DNA of 64,000 nucleotides. It comes from Planctomycetota bacterium (GTDB taxonomy: Bacteria > Planctomycetota > JAJSAM01 > JAJVHW01). Shown piece after piece: positions 28,209 to 37,162 of this stretch (position 1 is its first letter; the number at the start of each line of letters is the position of its first letter). Under the pieces are notes generated by a model. That model was not told the DNA's origin. It saw only the letters and a program-made list of their open reading frames with translations, and did not search any database. Both the position numbers and the translations under genes were made by a program. The DNA lies in the NCBI GenBank assembly GCA_021776825.1, contig JAJFFG010000128.1, forward strand, positions 353-64,352, given 5' to 3'.

Positions 28209-28981
28209 TGCGCACCTCTCTCGTAGCCCTTGCAGTGCTGCTCATGGCCAGCGGGACCGGCCTCGCCGCCTCCGAGTACGAGAAGCAGCTCACCGAGCGC
28301 TTTGCCAAAGTCGACAAGAACCGCGACGGCGCGCTGCGTGGCGCGGAGCTCCCGGAGAAGTGGGTCGATCGGTTCGATCGCAACGGCGACGAGAAGATCA
28401 CGAAGCGCGAGTTCATGGTGGTCATGACGCGACCCGAGGGTCTGCGTCGACTGTTCGTGCTGCGCGATACACGTGCTCGTGCCCGCAACTCATTGAACTT
28501 CGATCAGGACAAGAATGGCGTCGTCTCCGAGGAGGAGTACCCCGGCGACCGCAACGTGTTTCGCAAGGCGGACCGCGATCGCGATGGCTCACTCGAATGG
28601 AAGGAGCTCCTGCGACTCGCGGACTCTGAGCTGGACGACATCCGCAAGCGAATGAAGAACCCGACACGTTACGAGATGATGAACCTGTTCGATTTGAACT
28701 ACGACCGCAAGGTCACGTCGAATGAGTACGACGGCCCGACCAAGGCATTCAAGAAGTACGACACGAACAACGACGGCACGGTCGGCTACTACGAGGTCTA
28801 CCCCGATCGCATGGAACGGGAGATGCCGAAGCCGAAGCCCGAGGATCTCAACGTGCTGAAGGCGATGGATCAGAACGACGACGGTCGTGTTTCGCGCAAG
28901 GAGTGGAAGGGAACCGCGTCGGCATGGCGGCGTCTCGACCGCAACGACGACGGCTGGATCACGCTCGCCGACGCGCGCTGA
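28205..28981 (+). CDS. Secreted multi-EF-hand calcium-binding protein (8 loops)
   Basis: Signal peptide; DKNRDG, DRNGDE, DQDKNG, DRDRDG, DLNYDR, DTNNDG, DQNDDG, DRNDDG loops; ATGA overlap with the cytochrome gene. Confidence 0.88.
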   Translation: MMRTSLVALAVLLMASGTGLAASEYEKQLTERFAKVDKNRDGALRGAELPEKWVDRFDRNGDEKITKREFMVVMTRPEGLRRLFVLRDTRARARNSLNFDQDKNGVVSEEEYPGDRNVFRKADRDRDGSLEWKELLRLADSELDDIRKRMKNPTRYEMMNLFDLNYDRKVTSNEYDGPTKAFKKYDTNNDGTVGYYEVYPDRMEREMPKPKPEDLNVLKAMDQNDDGRVSRKEWKGTASAWRRLDRNDDGWITLADAR

Positions 28982-29070
28982 CCCCCGCAGTCCTGACCCC
29001 AGAGCACCGGAGCGGGCATGGACGTAGCGCTCCCGCATGGGCCCACCCCCGCCACCGCCGCCTGAACGTC

Positions 29071-29128
29071 CCCATGGACTCCGCGTCAGGCCCATAGGTC
29101 CGCGGCGGGCCCATGGAACCGCGTCAGG
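29071..29128. repeat. Three-copy ~19-20 bp tandem repeat (CCCATGGA-CCGCGTCAGG)
   Basis: Units at 29071-29090, 29091-29109 and 29110-29128 between convergent genes. Confidence 0.55.
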
Positions 29129-29164
29129 TCGGAGCAGCTCGTCGAGCGCGTGCGCAGCGCGCGG

Positions 29165-30067
29165 CTACTTGAAGCCGAGCAGCGCCCGGAAGACGTGCCC
29201 CGCGATCTGCGGGTTCTCCTTCAGCCGCCGGGTGCTGTAGCCGTACCAGTTCGCGCCGAACGGGACGTAGATGCGCACGCGGTGCCCCTTGGCGATCAAC
29301 TCATCGCGCATCCACTCGCGCACTCCGAGCAGCATCTGGAACTCGACGCGCGACGGATCGGGTGAGAGCTCCTCGATCAACGCCAGGGCGTCCGCGACGA
29401 GCACCTCGTCATGCGTGGCGATGCCCACCGCGCTCTCGCCTTCGAGCAGCGCCCGCAGACTCTGCCGATAGCTGTCGCGGATCTCTTCGCGGTCCTTGTA
29501 GGCGATCGTCTCTGACTCGTTGTAGATGCCCTTGCATAGGCGGACAGGGATGCCCTCCGCAGCCAGCGCGATCGCGTCGTCGAGGGTGCGAAACAGATAG
29601 GCCTGGAGCACGGCACCCACGGGATGTCCCTCGCCGCGGAGGCGGCGGACGAGTGCCAGCGTGGAGTCCGTGACGGGCGAATCCTCCATGTCCACTCGGA
29701 CGAATCCGTCGTCGAGGGGCGCGGCACGGACCACCAGGTCGCGCACGAGACTGGTGCACACCTCCTCGTCGAGCAGGAGCCCGAGGGCGGTCAGCTTCAC
29801 GGAGATGTTGCACTTCAGGGACTCGCGCTCGATCGCGTCGAGCATCGCCGAGTAGTCCCGCGCGGTGGCCTTGGCCTCGGAGAGGTCCTCGATGAACTCC
29901 CCGAGCACGTCCACCGTGCACGTCGCGCCCTTCGCGTTCAGGGCGCGGATCGTGCGCACGGCGTCGTCGACGGTCTCACCGGCGATGTAGCGCTGCGCGA
30001 CCCGACCGATCACGAAACGGGGCGTGATCGGCAGTGAGGCAGCAAGAAAGCGATCGAAGACGGACAC
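29165..30067 (-). CDS. Monofunctional proline dehydrogenase
   Basis: RYIAGET, SVKLTALG, VRVDMED, LQAYL, RLCKG.Y, IATHD, EFQMLLG, YVPFG..WYGY..RRL motifs; GTG start after GGAGG. Confidence 0.93.
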   Translation of the reverse strand: MSVFDRFLAASLPITPRFVIGRVAQRYIAGETVDDAVRTIRALNAKGATCTVDVLGEFIEDLSEAKATARDYSAMLDAIERESLKCNISVKLTALGLLLDEEVCTSLVRDLVVRAAPLDDGFVRVDMEDSPVTDSTLALVRRLRGEGHPVGAVLQAYLFRTLDDAIALAAEGIPVRLCKGIYNESETIAYKDREEIRDSYRQSLRALLEGESAVGIATHDEVLVADALALIEELSPDPSRVEFQMLLGVREWMRDELIAKGHRVRIYVPFGANWYGYSTRRLKENPQIAGHVFRALLGFK

Positions 30068-30186
30068 ACAAGCCCTCCGCGAGACTAGGGACGCGCAGGT
30101 TCTCCAGCGAGGGCACCCCGGCGAAAGAGGAATCGCTGCGCGCCCGAGCGGCGCCACTGCGCCAGTCGCGTATCCTCCTCCGCTTC

Positions 30187-31899
30187 ATGCGGGCAGACGC
30201 ACCCCCTCTGGTCCTCGGCTTCAACTCGACGCATGACGCGGCCGCAGCCATCGTGCGCGGCGGCGAGGTCATCATGGCGGTCGAGGAAGAGCGCCTCTCG
30301 CGCGTGAAGCACCACTTCGGGATGCCGCTCCGGGCCATGGATCTCTGCCTCGAGGCCGCGGGCTCCGACTGGGCGAGCCTCCGCCACCTCGCGTTCTACA
30401 TGGATCCGGGACTCTGGCTGCGCAGCTCCGGCGTCTACTTCCTCCGGCACCTCCCCGCCAGCGCGTCCTACCTCGGCCGCAAACCGGCGTTGTGGCGCAG
30501 TTTTCTCGGAGTGAAGCGCCAGGTCCGGCGGGCGACGGGCTTTCGGGGTCGGTTCCACGTGGTCGAGCACCACAGCGCGCACATCGACAGCGCGTTCTGG
30601 CCGAGCGGCTTCGAGGAGGCGGCGGCGCTGACGGTTGACGGGGCGGGCGAGTCCGTCACGACAGTGCTGGCGCGAGTCGACGAGCGGCGACAGCAGCGGC
30701 TGCTCACGACCCGCTACCCGATCTCGATCGGCAAGCTCTGGGAAGCTGTCACGGACTGGCTGGGCTGGCGCCCGACGCAGGACGAAGGGAAGCTCATGGG
30801 CCTGGCCCCCCACGGCGACGCTCGCTTCGTCGACGCCTTCGCGAAGGTTGTGGCACCCGACGAGCGACGTGGATTCAGGCTCAATCTCGACTACATGGCG
30901 TTCCAGCGTGGGTCCTCGCGCCTGGTCTCCGACCTCTTCGAGGCCGAGTTCGGGCCGGCCCGGCGTCCGGAAGAGGAGATCGGCGACCACCACCGCGCCG
31001 TCGCTCGCGCCCTTCAGCACCACACCGAGGAGGTCGTGCTCTCGCTCGCGCGCCGCCTCCACCGCGAGACCGGACTCTCGCGCCTCGTCATGGCGGGCGG
31101 TGTCGCGCTCAACTGCGTGGCCAACGGACGGCTTCTCACCGAGGGCCCGTTCGACGAGATCTTCATCCAACCGGCCGCCGGGGACAACGGGGCGTGTCTG
31201 GGCGCCGCATTCCACGTGGCACACCGCCGACTCGGGGCGCCGCGAGGCGAACCGCAGCGTCACGCGTTCCTGGGACCGGCCTTCACGGAGGCCGAGGTCA
31301 CCGCGGCGGCGGCCGAGAGGGGCCTGGTCGCCGAGGAGCCGGAGGACGTCGTCGAACGCACCGCGGAGCTTCTCGCCGACGGGGTCATCGTCGGCTGGAT
31401 GCAGGGACGAATGGAGTACGGGCCTCGGGCGCTCGGCAATCGCTCGATCCTGGCCGACCCGCGCTCGGCGTCGATGACCGAGACCGTCAACCGTCTCGTG
31501 AAGTTCCGCGAGCCGTTCCGACCGTTCGCTCCGTCCGTGACGCTTGCCGCAGCCAACGAGTGGTTCGAGAGTGCGGCGCGATCGCCGTACATGCTGCTGG
31601 CGTTCCGCGCCCGCGAGTCGGTGCGAGAGCAGATCCCTGCGGTGATCCACGTCGATGGGAGCGCTCGCGTCCAGACCGTCACTCCCGCCGAGAACCCTCG
31701 CTTCCATGCGCTCCTCGAGGCGTTCGCGGCGCGGACGGGTGTCCCGGTGCTGCTCAACACATCGTTCAACATCCGGGGCGAGCCCATCGTCGCGACCGCC
31801 GGTCAAGCGCTGGAAGCCCTTATCCGGACGGGACTTGGGGCTGTCGTCATCGGCGACCGGGTGTTCATCGACCCGGCTTCGGACACACCACGCAGCTGA
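30187..31899 (+). CDS. Carbamoyltransferase (NodU/CmcH family)
   Basis: HDAAAA, EEERLSRVKH, HHSAH, EGKLMGLA, GGVALNC, GPRALGNRSI, KFRE.FRPFAP, LNTSFN. Confidence 0.95.
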   Translation: MRADAPPLVLGFNSTHDAAAAIVRGGEVIMAVEEERLSRVKHHFGMPLRAMDLCLEAAGSDWASLRHLAFYMDPGLWLRSSGVYFLRHLPASASYLGRKPALWRSFLGVKRQVRRATGFRGRFHVVEHHSAHIDSAFWPSGFEEAAALTVDGAGESVTTVLARVDERRQQRLLTTRYPISIGKLWEAVTDWLGWRPTQDEGKLMGLAPHGDARFVDAFAKVVAPDERRGFRLNLDYMAFQRGSSRLVSDLFEAEFGPARRPEEEIGDHHRAVARALQHHTEEVVLSLARRLHRETGLSRLVMAGGVALNCVANGRLLTEGPFDEIFIQPAAGDNGACLGAAFHVAHRRLGAPRGEPQRHAFLGPAFTEAEVTAAAAERGLVAEEPEDVVERTAELLADGVIVGWMQGRMEYGPRALGNRSILADPRSASMTETVNRLVKFREPFRPFAPSVTLAAANEWFESAARSPYMLLAFRARESVREQIPAVIHVDGSARVQTVTPAENPRFHALLEAFAARTGVPVLLNTSFNIRGEPIVATAGQALEALIRTGLGAVVIGDRVFIDPASDTPRS

Positions 31900-32007
31900 G
31901 GCCGACGCGCCCGCGACGACGTGGGAGTTCTTCCCGCCGCTGATACAATCCCGGGCTTCCGGCGCCGGATGGGAGTCCGTGCGCACCGCCCCCATCGAGG
32001 AACCCAG

Positions 32008-33234
32008 ATGTCCGATCCCCTTCTCTCCACCGAGAACCTCGACTGGCAGTCGCGCGCGCGTGAAGTGGCCGACAAGTACATTCGGCCCGTCGCGTGGAAG
32101 TACGACCGCCTGCAGGAGTACCCCTGGGAGGTTCAGGCTCGCCTGAAGGAGTATGAGCTCTTCAAGGTGTTCGTGCCGGTCGAGTACGGAGGCGGGTCCG
32201 GGAGTGCCTTGAACCTCTGCCTCGTCGTCGAGGAGCTGGCGCGAGCCTGTGGCGGCATCGGCGTCGGCTTCGCGGTCAACGCGCTCGGCTCATTCCCGAT
32301 CATGATCGGCGGCACGGAGGAGCAGAAGGAGCGCTGGCTTCCGAGCATCGCTGCGGGCGATCGGCTGGTGGCCTTCGGGCTGTCGGAGAAGAACGCGGGC
32401 TCCGACGCCGGCGGCATGGCGTGCACGGCGGTCCAGGACGGCGACGACTGGGTCCTGAACGGCGAGAAGAAGTGGAACACGAACGGCCTCGTGGCTCACA
32501 TCAACACGATCTTCGCGGTGACCGATGCGAACTCGCGCTCGCGACGCATCAGTCCGTTCGTCGTGGAGCGCCCGGGCTCGGGCGAGACGGTCGGCGACAT
32601 CGACGGCTTCCGGATCGGCAAGATCGAGGACAAGATGGGCATCCGCGCCATCCCCGTCGTCGAGCTCGAGATGGAGAACCTCCGCCTCTCATCGGACCAT
32701 TTGGTCGGAGGTCGCCCGGGCCTCGGCTTCAAGCACGCGATGATGACGCTCGACAAGGCCCGGCCGGGTGTGGCGGCGCAGGCCGTCGGGTGCGCGCAGG
32801 GTGCGCTGGACTTCGCGCTCGTCTACACGACGCAGCGCGTGCAGTTCGGGGGCCCGATCTCCTCGAAGCAGATGGTCCAGAAGCTCCTCGCCGATGGTGC
32901 GCAGAAGGTCGAGGCGGCGCGCCAGCTCGTCCACGCGGCCGCGCGGCACATCGACGCCGGCTCCCCGAAGGGCAACAAGTTCGCTGCCATGGCGAAGTGC
33001 TTCGCCACGGACATCGCCATGGAGGTCACCACCGACGCCGTGCAGCTCTTCGGCGGCTACGGCTTCATGCGGGACTACCCGGTCGAGAAGTTCATGCGAG
33101 ACGCGAAGATCACTCAGATCTACGAGGGCACCAATCAGGTGCAGCGGCTCGTGATCGCGCGGAACCTCATCAAGGAGGCGGCGGGACTGGCGCACCTGAA
33201 GGAGTACTTCCCGATCCCGGAGGACCGTCGCTAA
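32008..33234 (+). CDS. Acyl-CoA dehydrogenase
   Basis: FGLSE..AGSD, LNGEKKW.TN, KMGIRA, Q.FGGYG.MRDYPVEK..RDAKITQIYEGTNQ. Confidence 0.95.
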   Translation: MSDPLLSTENLDWQSRAREVADKYIRPVAWKYDRLQEYPWEVQARLKEYELFKVFVPVEYGGGSGSALNLCLVVEELARACGGIGVGFAVNALGSFPIMIGGTEEQKERWLPSIAAGDRLVAFGLSEKNAGSDAGGMACTAVQDGDDWVLNGEKKWNTNGLVAHINTIFAVTDANSRSRRISPFVVERPGSGETVGDIDGFRIGKIEDKMGIRAIPVVELEMENLRLSSDHLVGGRPGLGFKHAMMTLDKARPGVAAQAVGCAQGALDFALVYTTQRVQFGGPISSKQMVQKLLADGAQKVEAARQLVHAAARHIDAGSPKGNKFAAMAKCFATDIAMEVTTDAVQLFGGYGFMRDYPVEKFMRDAKITQIYEGTNQVQRLVIARNLIKEAAGLAHLKEYFPIPEDRR

Positions 33235-33256
33235 CTCGCTCTGCTACACGGAGTTA
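33232..33256. promoter_or_regulatory. 25-bp dyad motif copy (TAACTC-N13-GAGTTA)
   Basis: Same TAA-N19-TTA geometry as copies at 34144, 37909 and 53846. Confidence 0.5.
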
Positions 33257-33293
33257 CGATCCGGCGCTGCGTGAGGCGGGAGTCAATCGACGA

Positions 33294-34052
33294 TCAAGAC
33301 GCGTCGGGCTGACGACCGGGCGTGACCAGCTCCCAGAGCGGCCGCAGCACGAGCGCGGCGAACGCCACCCCGAGCAGGCCGCCGCCGGCGACCACGCCGA
33401 CGGCAAACCCTGCGTGAAGTTTCGTCAGCCACCAGCAGCCGATGTCGAGGAGCATCGCGACGAACGGCAGGGCGACGCAGATGCCCTTCCAGCGCGGTCG
33501 TGTATCGGTCATCAAGAACACGAGACCCGCCAGCGCGTACAGCGTGCCCATCCCGAAGAGATGCGCGTGACTCGAGCGCGCCAGAGCGGACCAGCTCATC
33601 CCACCGTCTGGAGCCGTCACGGGCTCGACGAGCTGGAAGCTCGCGCCGTCGGCGCGGCTGGACGCGAAGGGCACCCCCGCCATCTCCCCGCCGGGGTGGT
33701 GACAGCGCACGCACAGTCGATCCAAGACCTCGGCCGGGGCCTCGAACTCCGCCTCGGAGGCGCCGGACTCGACCCACGCGAAGAGGACCCCGCGGTCGCT
33801 CGGCCGCGGGATGTACTTCTCCATCGAGCCTCCGTCGATCTTCGACGTGACGATCGAATACCCCGCGCGACCGTGGAACGCCGCCTCCACATCGGCGAGC
33901 GAGAGACCCGGCTCCCCATCCAGTGCGCCGTGCTGGAGACGCAGATTCACCTGGGCCGCGACGAAGCCGAGACCCATAGCAAGAAGGAACCCGGCGACGA
34001 GGAGTCGGGCCGGTCCCGGAAGCGAACGGAGGCGGTACCCTGGAGACGACAT
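33294..34052 (-). CDS. Membrane protein with a single c-type heme motif (CVRCH), unknown function
   Basis: N-terminal TM, soluble loop with CVRCHH, then 'SSHAHLFGM' and three further TM helices. Confidence 0.7.
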   Translation of the reverse strand: MSSPGYRLRSLPGPARLLVAGFLLAMGLGFVAAQVNLRLQHGALDGEPGLSLADVEAAFHGRAGYSIVTSKIDGGSMEKYIPRPSDRGVLFAWVESGASEAEFEAPAEVLDRLCVRCHHPGGEMAGVPFASSRADGASFQLVEPVTAPDGGMSWSALARSSHAHLFGMGTLYALAGLVFLMTDTRPRWKGICVALPFVAMLLDIGCWWLTKLHAGFAVGVVAGGGLLGVAFAALVLRPLWELVTPGRQPDAS

Positions 34053-34143
34053 CGCAGGAGAAGATACCCGACGCGCCTGCGAACCTTGCCAGAGCCCGAG
34101 CCGGGTGTGTACCCTCGGCGGTTCTAGGCTGCGGCGACTTTTA

Positions 34144-34168
34144 TAACCTGTTGCCGGCCAACGACTTA
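34144..34168. promoter_or_regulatory. 25-bp dyad motif copy (TAA-CCTG-TTG-N5-CAA-CGAC-TTA) in a divergent promoter region
   Basis: Two inverted CAA-N4-TTA half sites (IHF-like); overlaps a TATAAC -10-like hexamer. Confidence 0.5.
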
Positions 34169-34205
34169 CGCGCCTCGGCGCGGTCTGCCGAAGCGAGGCT
34201 ACCGG

Positions 34206-35543
34206 ATGCCCATCTACCCCGAAGACCAGGTCGGCGAGAACTTCTTCGACCTGTACTACTACCCCTTCAAGAAGCAGATCTGGGGCGCCGCAGCCATCGT
34301 GGCCGTCGTCGTGCTCGGAAGCCTGACCATCCGGCAGATGCACCGGGGTCGCCTTGACGATCAGTGGGACCGCTACCGAGCGGCCATCGAGATTCGGCAG
34401 CCCTCGCTCTTCGGCAAGGCCGATGCCGCCATTGCGCGTCAGCAGATCGAGACGCTGCGGCAGCTCATCAACGACTACCCGGCGGACAGCGTTACCCCCT
34501 CAGCCTGGCGTGCTGTCGTCGACGCACAGGCAGCCGCAGGCGACTACGACGAAGCGATCACGACGCTCGACCAGCTCGGGGAGGACTTCCCGGACTACCC
34601 GCTGAACACGCTCGCCGCGAGCGGTGAGGCGGGCAGCCGATCACTCTCCGCCGAGCTCCGCGCGAATCTCGTGAAGGAGCGCGACTGGGAGGCAGAGACG
34701 ACGTACGTCCACCCCACGACCGACCCCTCCCGGATGGTGCTGGTCGAAACCGACAAGGGTGCGTTCTGGATGGGGCTCTTCACTGAGGCATCGTCCGAGC
34801 GCGTGGCGGCGTTCGTCGACCATGCGAAGGCTGGAGACTTCAATGGGACTCAGATCTACGAGGTGCGGCTGAGCGCGGACGGCGCTCCGCAGCAGTTCCG
34901 AGCCGGCTCGAGGGCGTCGATCACCGAGCGCAACCCCAAGGATCACGATCGGGCCGAGCCCCTTCACGCGATGGAGCCCGGCGAGTCGCGCCACTCGATC
35001 CGGCACCTCTACGGTGTGGTCTCGTCGGTCGAGACGGCCGGCGGCGAGGACGACCAGTCCTTCATGGTGATCACCGCGAAGGAGGGCCTGAATCGGTACA
35101 ACGGCACGAACACGCCGTTCGGTCAGATTCTCGACCGTGAAGACTCGCTAGCTGTGATCGACCGGATCGCCCGAGCTCAGACGTACTCGACCAACCCAGA
35201 GACGACCACGCTCGACGGCTCGTTCGACATGCGGGATCACCCGTACCCGCGACTGCTGATCCGACGGGTCTCCATCTGGGCGGACGAGAAGCTCGAGGGT
35301 GGCCACGCTGACTTCGGTGTGCGTGCTGGATCAGCGACCCCGGAGCCGTGGGAAGCCGACCTTGCCCCGGCACCGCTCCCGACCGAGTTCCAGCCGAAGA
35401 AGGAAGATGCTCCGGGCGCCCCCGGGGCCGACGAGCCGGAGGTGCCCGAGACTCCGAAGGACTCGGACTCCGGTGATGAGCCTGCTGACGAGACCGGTGA
35501 CGACGGGGACGCGAGCGACGAGGCGCCAAGCGGCGACGAGTAG
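34206..35543 (+). CDS. Membrane-anchored TPR + cyclophilin-like (PPIase fold) protein with acidic tail
   Basis: TM, TPR-like 'LINDYPADS' and 'LGEDFPDY'; 'VLVETDKGAFWMGLF...AAFV...AGDFNGT' and 'YNGTNTPFGQI' cyclophilin fold motifs. Confidence 0.7.
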   Translation: MPIYPEDQVGENFFDLYYYPFKKQIWGAAAIVAVVVLGSLTIRQMHRGRLDDQWDRYRAAIEIRQPSLFGKADAAIARQQIETLRQLINDYPADSVTPSAWRAVVDAQAAAGDYDEAITTLDQLGEDFPDYPLNTLAASGEAGSRSLSAELRANLVKERDWEAETTYVHPTTDPSRMVLVETDKGAFWMGLFTEASSERVAAFVDHAKAGDFNGTQIYEVRLSADGAPQQFRAGSRASITERNPKDHDRAEPLHAMEPGESRHSIRHLYGVVSSVETAGGEDDQSFMVITAKEGLNRYNGTNTPFGQILDREDSLAVIDRIARAQTYSTNPETTTLDGSFDMRDHPYPRLLIRRVSIWADEKLEGGHADFGVRAGSATPEPWEADLAPAPLPTEFQPKKEDAPGAPGADEPEVPETPKDSDSGDEPADETGDDGDASDEAPSGDE

Positions 35544-35573
35544 CAGCCCGGGCGGCCGCGCCGAGCGGGCGTG

Positions 35574-35589
35574 TGTTTCACGTGAAACA
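35574..35589. promoter_or_regulatory. parS site (TGTTTCACGTGAAACA) inside a 36-bp perfect palindrome (35564-35599)
   Basis: Exact match to the canonical bacterial parS consensus; about 540 bp from the parB 3' end. Confidence 0.93.
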
Positions 35590-36131
35590 CACGCCCGCTT
35601 CTTGATTCGAGCCTAGATCCTCCGCAGGAGCCTGAACGCACACCCCCACCGCCGCCAACCGGAGACACCACAGGGAACGCGGGGAACCATATCGCCATCC
35701 GCACCGCGTCCATCGCGGCGGCCACAGCGGCCCCTCCCCAGCCCGGGCGGCAAGGCGGAGCGGGCCGCGAGTGCCGGAGCACCGCTGGCAGCGCAGCCCC
35801 GTGCGAGACACGCCCCCAATGCCCGATCCCCCAGGGCACTCGCACCGCGGAGTCGCCAGCGTCTCGACAGACGCACCTACTGGCCCGCATCTCTCACAGG
35901 GGCGCCGCGCCTAGCCGTCCCGAGCCCGCGATCTCCCGCTCCGGATCCGCTTCACCTGTTTCATCCAGACGGGCGCATCGAGAGGGTGCATGCGCGGCTC
36001 CGGAACGAGACCTCACGCACTCGGAGCCGCCAGGACACCTCACGACGGGCGAACACGCAACGTCACGCGGTTCACCCATGCCGTTCCTCGATCCCGCCGC
36101 GTCCGCGCGACGCCCGCGTGAGCGAACCGGG

Positions 36132-36989
36132 CTAGCCGAGCAGGCGCTCCAGCAGCGACTCGAACTCGGCGGCCGAGAAGTAGTCAATCGTGACGCGCCC
36201 CCTCTCACCCCGGGGGAACAGCCTGACGCGGGTCCCGAGCGCGAGCCGCAACTGGTCCTCAAGATCCTGTAGGTGGGGCGAGAGCTCGGGGCGCTTCGAC
36301 TCGGGAGTCCGAGCGGCGGGCGCGTCCGTGGTCTTTGGGCCACGGACCTCCGCCTCGAGCGCACGGACAGACAGCCCCTCTGCAGCCACACGAGCGGCCA
36401 GGCGAGCCTGCTCACCCGGTTCCGTCACCGCGAGAAGCGCGCGAGCGTGGCCCGCCGACAGGGCGCCAGATGCCACGGTCTCCTGGAGCTCCACGGGCAG
36501 ATCGAGCAGCCTGAGCGTATTCGCAACGGCGGCGCGACTCTTCCCGACCCGCTCCGCGGCCTTGGCCTGCGTCAGGCCGAGGCGCTCGATCAGGGCGCGG
36601 TAGGCCAGAGCCGCCTCGATGGGGTCGAGGGCCTCTCTCTGGATGTTCTCAACCAGCGCGAGCTCGAGCATCTGGTCGTCCGTCGCCGCGCGCACGAGCG
36701 CCGGAATGTCCGCCCGCCCCAGACTCTGCGTTGCTCTGAAGCGACGCTCGCCAGCGATCAGCTCGTATCCGACGCGCGTGGCCCGCACGACGACAGGCTG
36801 CAGGAGGCCATGCTCACGGATGGAGTTCGCGAGCTCGTCCAGCTCGGCCGCTGCAAACACGCGCCGAGGCTGATGAGGATTGGGCCGGATCTCATCGAGT
36901 CGAATCACCTGGATCTCATCGTCCGTGACCGGCGCCCCACCGCCTGAGATCAGATAGTCGAGCCCGCGCCCCAGTCTGCGTTGCACCAC
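36132..36989 (-). CDS. parB: Chromosome partitioning protein ParB
   Basis: RRLGRGLDYLI N-terminal motif, PNPHQPRR, GLLQP, GERRFRA, LVENIQRE.L, HTH; GGAGGT RBS. Confidence 0.96.
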   Translation of the reverse strand: MVQRRLGRGLDYLISGGGAPVTDDEIQVIRLDEIRPNPHQPRRVFAAAELDELANSIREHGLLQPVVVRATRVGYELIAGERRFRATQSLGRADIPALVRAATDDQMLELALVENIQREALDPIEAALAYRALIERLGLTQAKAAERVGKSRAAVANTLRLLDLPVELQETVASGALSAGHARALLAVTEPGEQARLAARVAAEGLSVRALEAEVRGPKTTDAPAARTPESKRPELSPHLQDLEDQLRLALGTRVRLFPRGERGRVTIDYFSAAEFESLLERLLG

Positions 36990-37101
36990 TCGGCACCTCC
37001 AACTCACCGTTGTCTCAGTCGTCATCGCGCGGGACTCCTCGGCCCGTCACGGAGAATCCTAGCGACCCTCAGGGACACGCGCACAAAGACGACGGGCGGT
37101 G

Positions 37102-37117
37102 TGTTTCACGTGAAACA
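37102..37117. promoter_or_regulatory. parS site (TGTTTCACGTGAAACA) upstream of parB
   Basis: Exact parS consensus in the parB promoter region. Confidence 0.93.
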
Positions 37118-37162
37118 TCACCAGGGGTAGCCACAAGTGCAGAGAATCGGGATACTCCGCGC

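Noticed and set aside
28205..28981. Lanmodulin-like lanthanide binder
   Set aside because: EF loops lack the position-2 proline typical of lanmodulin; treated as ordinary Ca2+-type EF hands
35957..35972. Third parS (TGTTTCATCCAGACGG)
   Set aside because: Only the left half matches; too many mismatches
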